Source: Candidatus Methylomirabilia bacterium (GTDB taxonomy: Bacteria > Methylomirabilota > Methylomirabilia > Rokubacteriales > CSP1-6). Taken from it: DNA of 35,434 bases. Location: positions 1 through 35,434 of the forward strand of contig JBGQEL010000038.1 in assembly GCA_041496385.1 (NCBI GenBank). Reading direction: 5' to 3'. Below, in pieces: positions 34,303 to 35,434 of this stretch. Position 1 is the stretch's first letter, and every line of letters starts with the position of its first letter. Made by a program: the position numbers and the translations under genes. The notes beneath the pieces are model-generated. The model worked only from the letters and a program-made list of their open reading frames with translations. It made no database searches and had not been told where the DNA came from.

Positions 34303-35433
34303 CTAGCGCTCGAGCGCGGTCAGGAACTCGCGGAGCGCCGGGCCCCACTTGGCCCACTCGGGGCCGCTCGCCGAGTGGCCGAACTCGCTGTCGATCTCGT
34401 AGTACTTCGCGCTGACCCCCGCCCGGGTGAGCTTGTCCATCACGCCCGGCGCGATCGACGGGGGAAACAGCTTGTCCGTGCGCGAGAGGACGTAGAGGAC
34501 CCGCGCGCGGATCTTTCCGAAGTCGCGCTCGGCGTCGAAGCCCTCCATCGCGCGGCGCAGCGCGATCAGCGAGTTGGGGTCGAACTCGCCCGCCCACGCC
34601 GCGGCCATCTGGCGGATCCGCGCCTCGCGCTGCGCCTGGTCGGGAATGTTCACGGCGAGCAGCTCGTTGGCGCCGTAGCGCATCAGCGTGTCGACCCGCA
34701 ACGCCGTCATCGTCGCCGGGATGCCGCCGCGGTCGTAGTGCCGGCCGCCGTTCCAGCCCGGGTCGGCGGCGAACCGCGCGATCATCGTCTCGACGGGCCC
34801 GCCGCCGCCCGACGTCTTCGGCGCGCTGACCACGACGACCGCACCCCGGATGAAGTCCGGGTAGGCGACGGCCCACTGGAAGGCCTGGAAGCCGCCGTAC
34901 GACGGCCCGGCGACGGCGACGAGGCGGTTGACGCCGAGGCCCGAGAGCAGCAGGCGCTGCGCCTCGACGATGTCGCGCATCGTGATCGCGGGGAAGTCGG
35001 GGCCGTAGGGCTTGCCCGTCGCCGGGTTGATCGAGGCGGGCGCCGTCGAGCCGTAGGACGAGCCGAGCACGTTGGAGGAGACGACGAAGTAACGGCCCGT
35101 GTCGATCGCCTTGCCGGGCCCGATGAGCCCGTCCCACCAGCCCGCCGCCGCGTCGGTCGGCAGATACCGGCCGGCGGCGTGGCCGCTCGACGTGAGGCCG
35201 TGCGTGATGAGGATCGCGTTCCGGCCGTCGGGCGCCAGGCGCCCGTACGTCTCGTAGGCCAGCTTCAGCTCCGGCAGCACCTGGCCGCTCGCCAGCCGGA
35301 AGCCGTACGCCGTGAACGTGCGCTTGGCGACGAGGTCGAGCGAGCCCGGGTCGGGGACGCCCGCGGCGCCGTTCGACGCGGGGGCGATGGTGCAGCCGGC
35401 GAGCGCGAGCAGCAGCGTGACGAGCGCGGCGAC
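34303..35433 (-). CDS. Homoserine O-acetyltransferase (MetX)-like alpha/beta hydrolase with lipoprotein signal; 5' end outside the window
   Basis: LAYETYG, NAILITHG, GWWDGLIGPGKAIDT, GPSYGG, DKLFPP, FGH. The frame is open to the window edge and reads VAALVTLLLALAGCTIAP. Confidence 0.85.
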   Translation of the reverse strand, partial: VAALVTLLLALAGCTIAPASNGAAGVPDPGSLDLVAKRTFTAYGFRLASGQVLPELKLAYETYGRLAPDGRNAILITHGLTSSGHAAGRYLPTDAAAGWWDGLIGPGKAIDTGRYFVVSSNVLGSSYGSTAPASINPATGKPYGPDFPAITMRDIVEAQRLLLSGLGVNRLVAVAGPSYGGFQAFQWAVAYPDFIRGAVVVVSAPKTSGGGGPVETMIARFAADPGWNGGRHYDRGGIPATMTALRVDTLMRYGANELLAVNIPDQAQREARIRQMAAAWAGEFDPNSLIALRRAMEGFDAERDFGKIRARVLYVLSRTDKLFPPSIAPGVMDKLTRAGVSAKYYEIDSEFGHSASGPEWAKWGPALREFLTALER

Positions 35434-35434
35434 G

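Noticed and set aside
1141..34415. Many long antisense or alternate-frame ORFs (e.g. 1141-3279, 13203-15731, 17221-19614, 27850-31140, 30633-34415)
   Set aside because: They shadow well-supported genes, are Arg/Ala/Gly/Pro-rich with no motifs, and are expected from stop-codon scarcity at very high GC.
1..35434. tRNA, rRNA, prophage or defence genes
   Set aside because: None recognised; intergenic gaps are short and largely explained by promoters or inverted repeats. A covariance-model scan was not possible.

Overview
Very GC-rich bacterial chromosomal window, densely coding, about 30 genes. Gene content and style suggest an uncultured soil or sediment lineage such as Candidatus Rokubacteria; this is inference only. 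Left to right: (1) a probable IS256-like end truncating a nitrate ABC ATPase gene; (2) a coupled assimilatory nitrate operon (nrtD, narB, nirA, cobA, sirC) ending in a Tat-signal acetamidase/formamidase; (3) a 34-bp perfect inverted-repeat element; (4) leaderless glutamate dehydrogenase plus a cNMP-domain protein; (5) a stand-alone allophanate-hydrolase C-terminal-like protein divergent from a sigma54 promoter with tandem NtrC-like boxes that drives an NtrC/Fis-HTH-only protein; (6) a B12-dependent acyl-CoA mutase operon with the Ile/Asp signature of 2-hydroxyisobutyryl-CoA mutase (hcmB, CoA ligase, meaB, hcmA), then CBS and FprA-type reductase genes; (7) an orphan GAF-PilB/GspE ATPase, an MFS transporter and two small hypotheticals; (8) a cell-wall module (serine hydrolase-NamZ fusion, polysaccharide deacetylase, DUF4015-like hydrolase); (9) an alpha/beta hydrolase, a two-gene NAD-linked formate dehydrogenase, a Kef-type antiporter and a MetX-like protein with a lipobox running off the right edge. 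The best candidate for an undescribed system is the sigma54/NtrC-box, HTH-only, hcm block beside the nitrogen-scavenging genes. All family calls come from motif recognition by eye; no searches were run.
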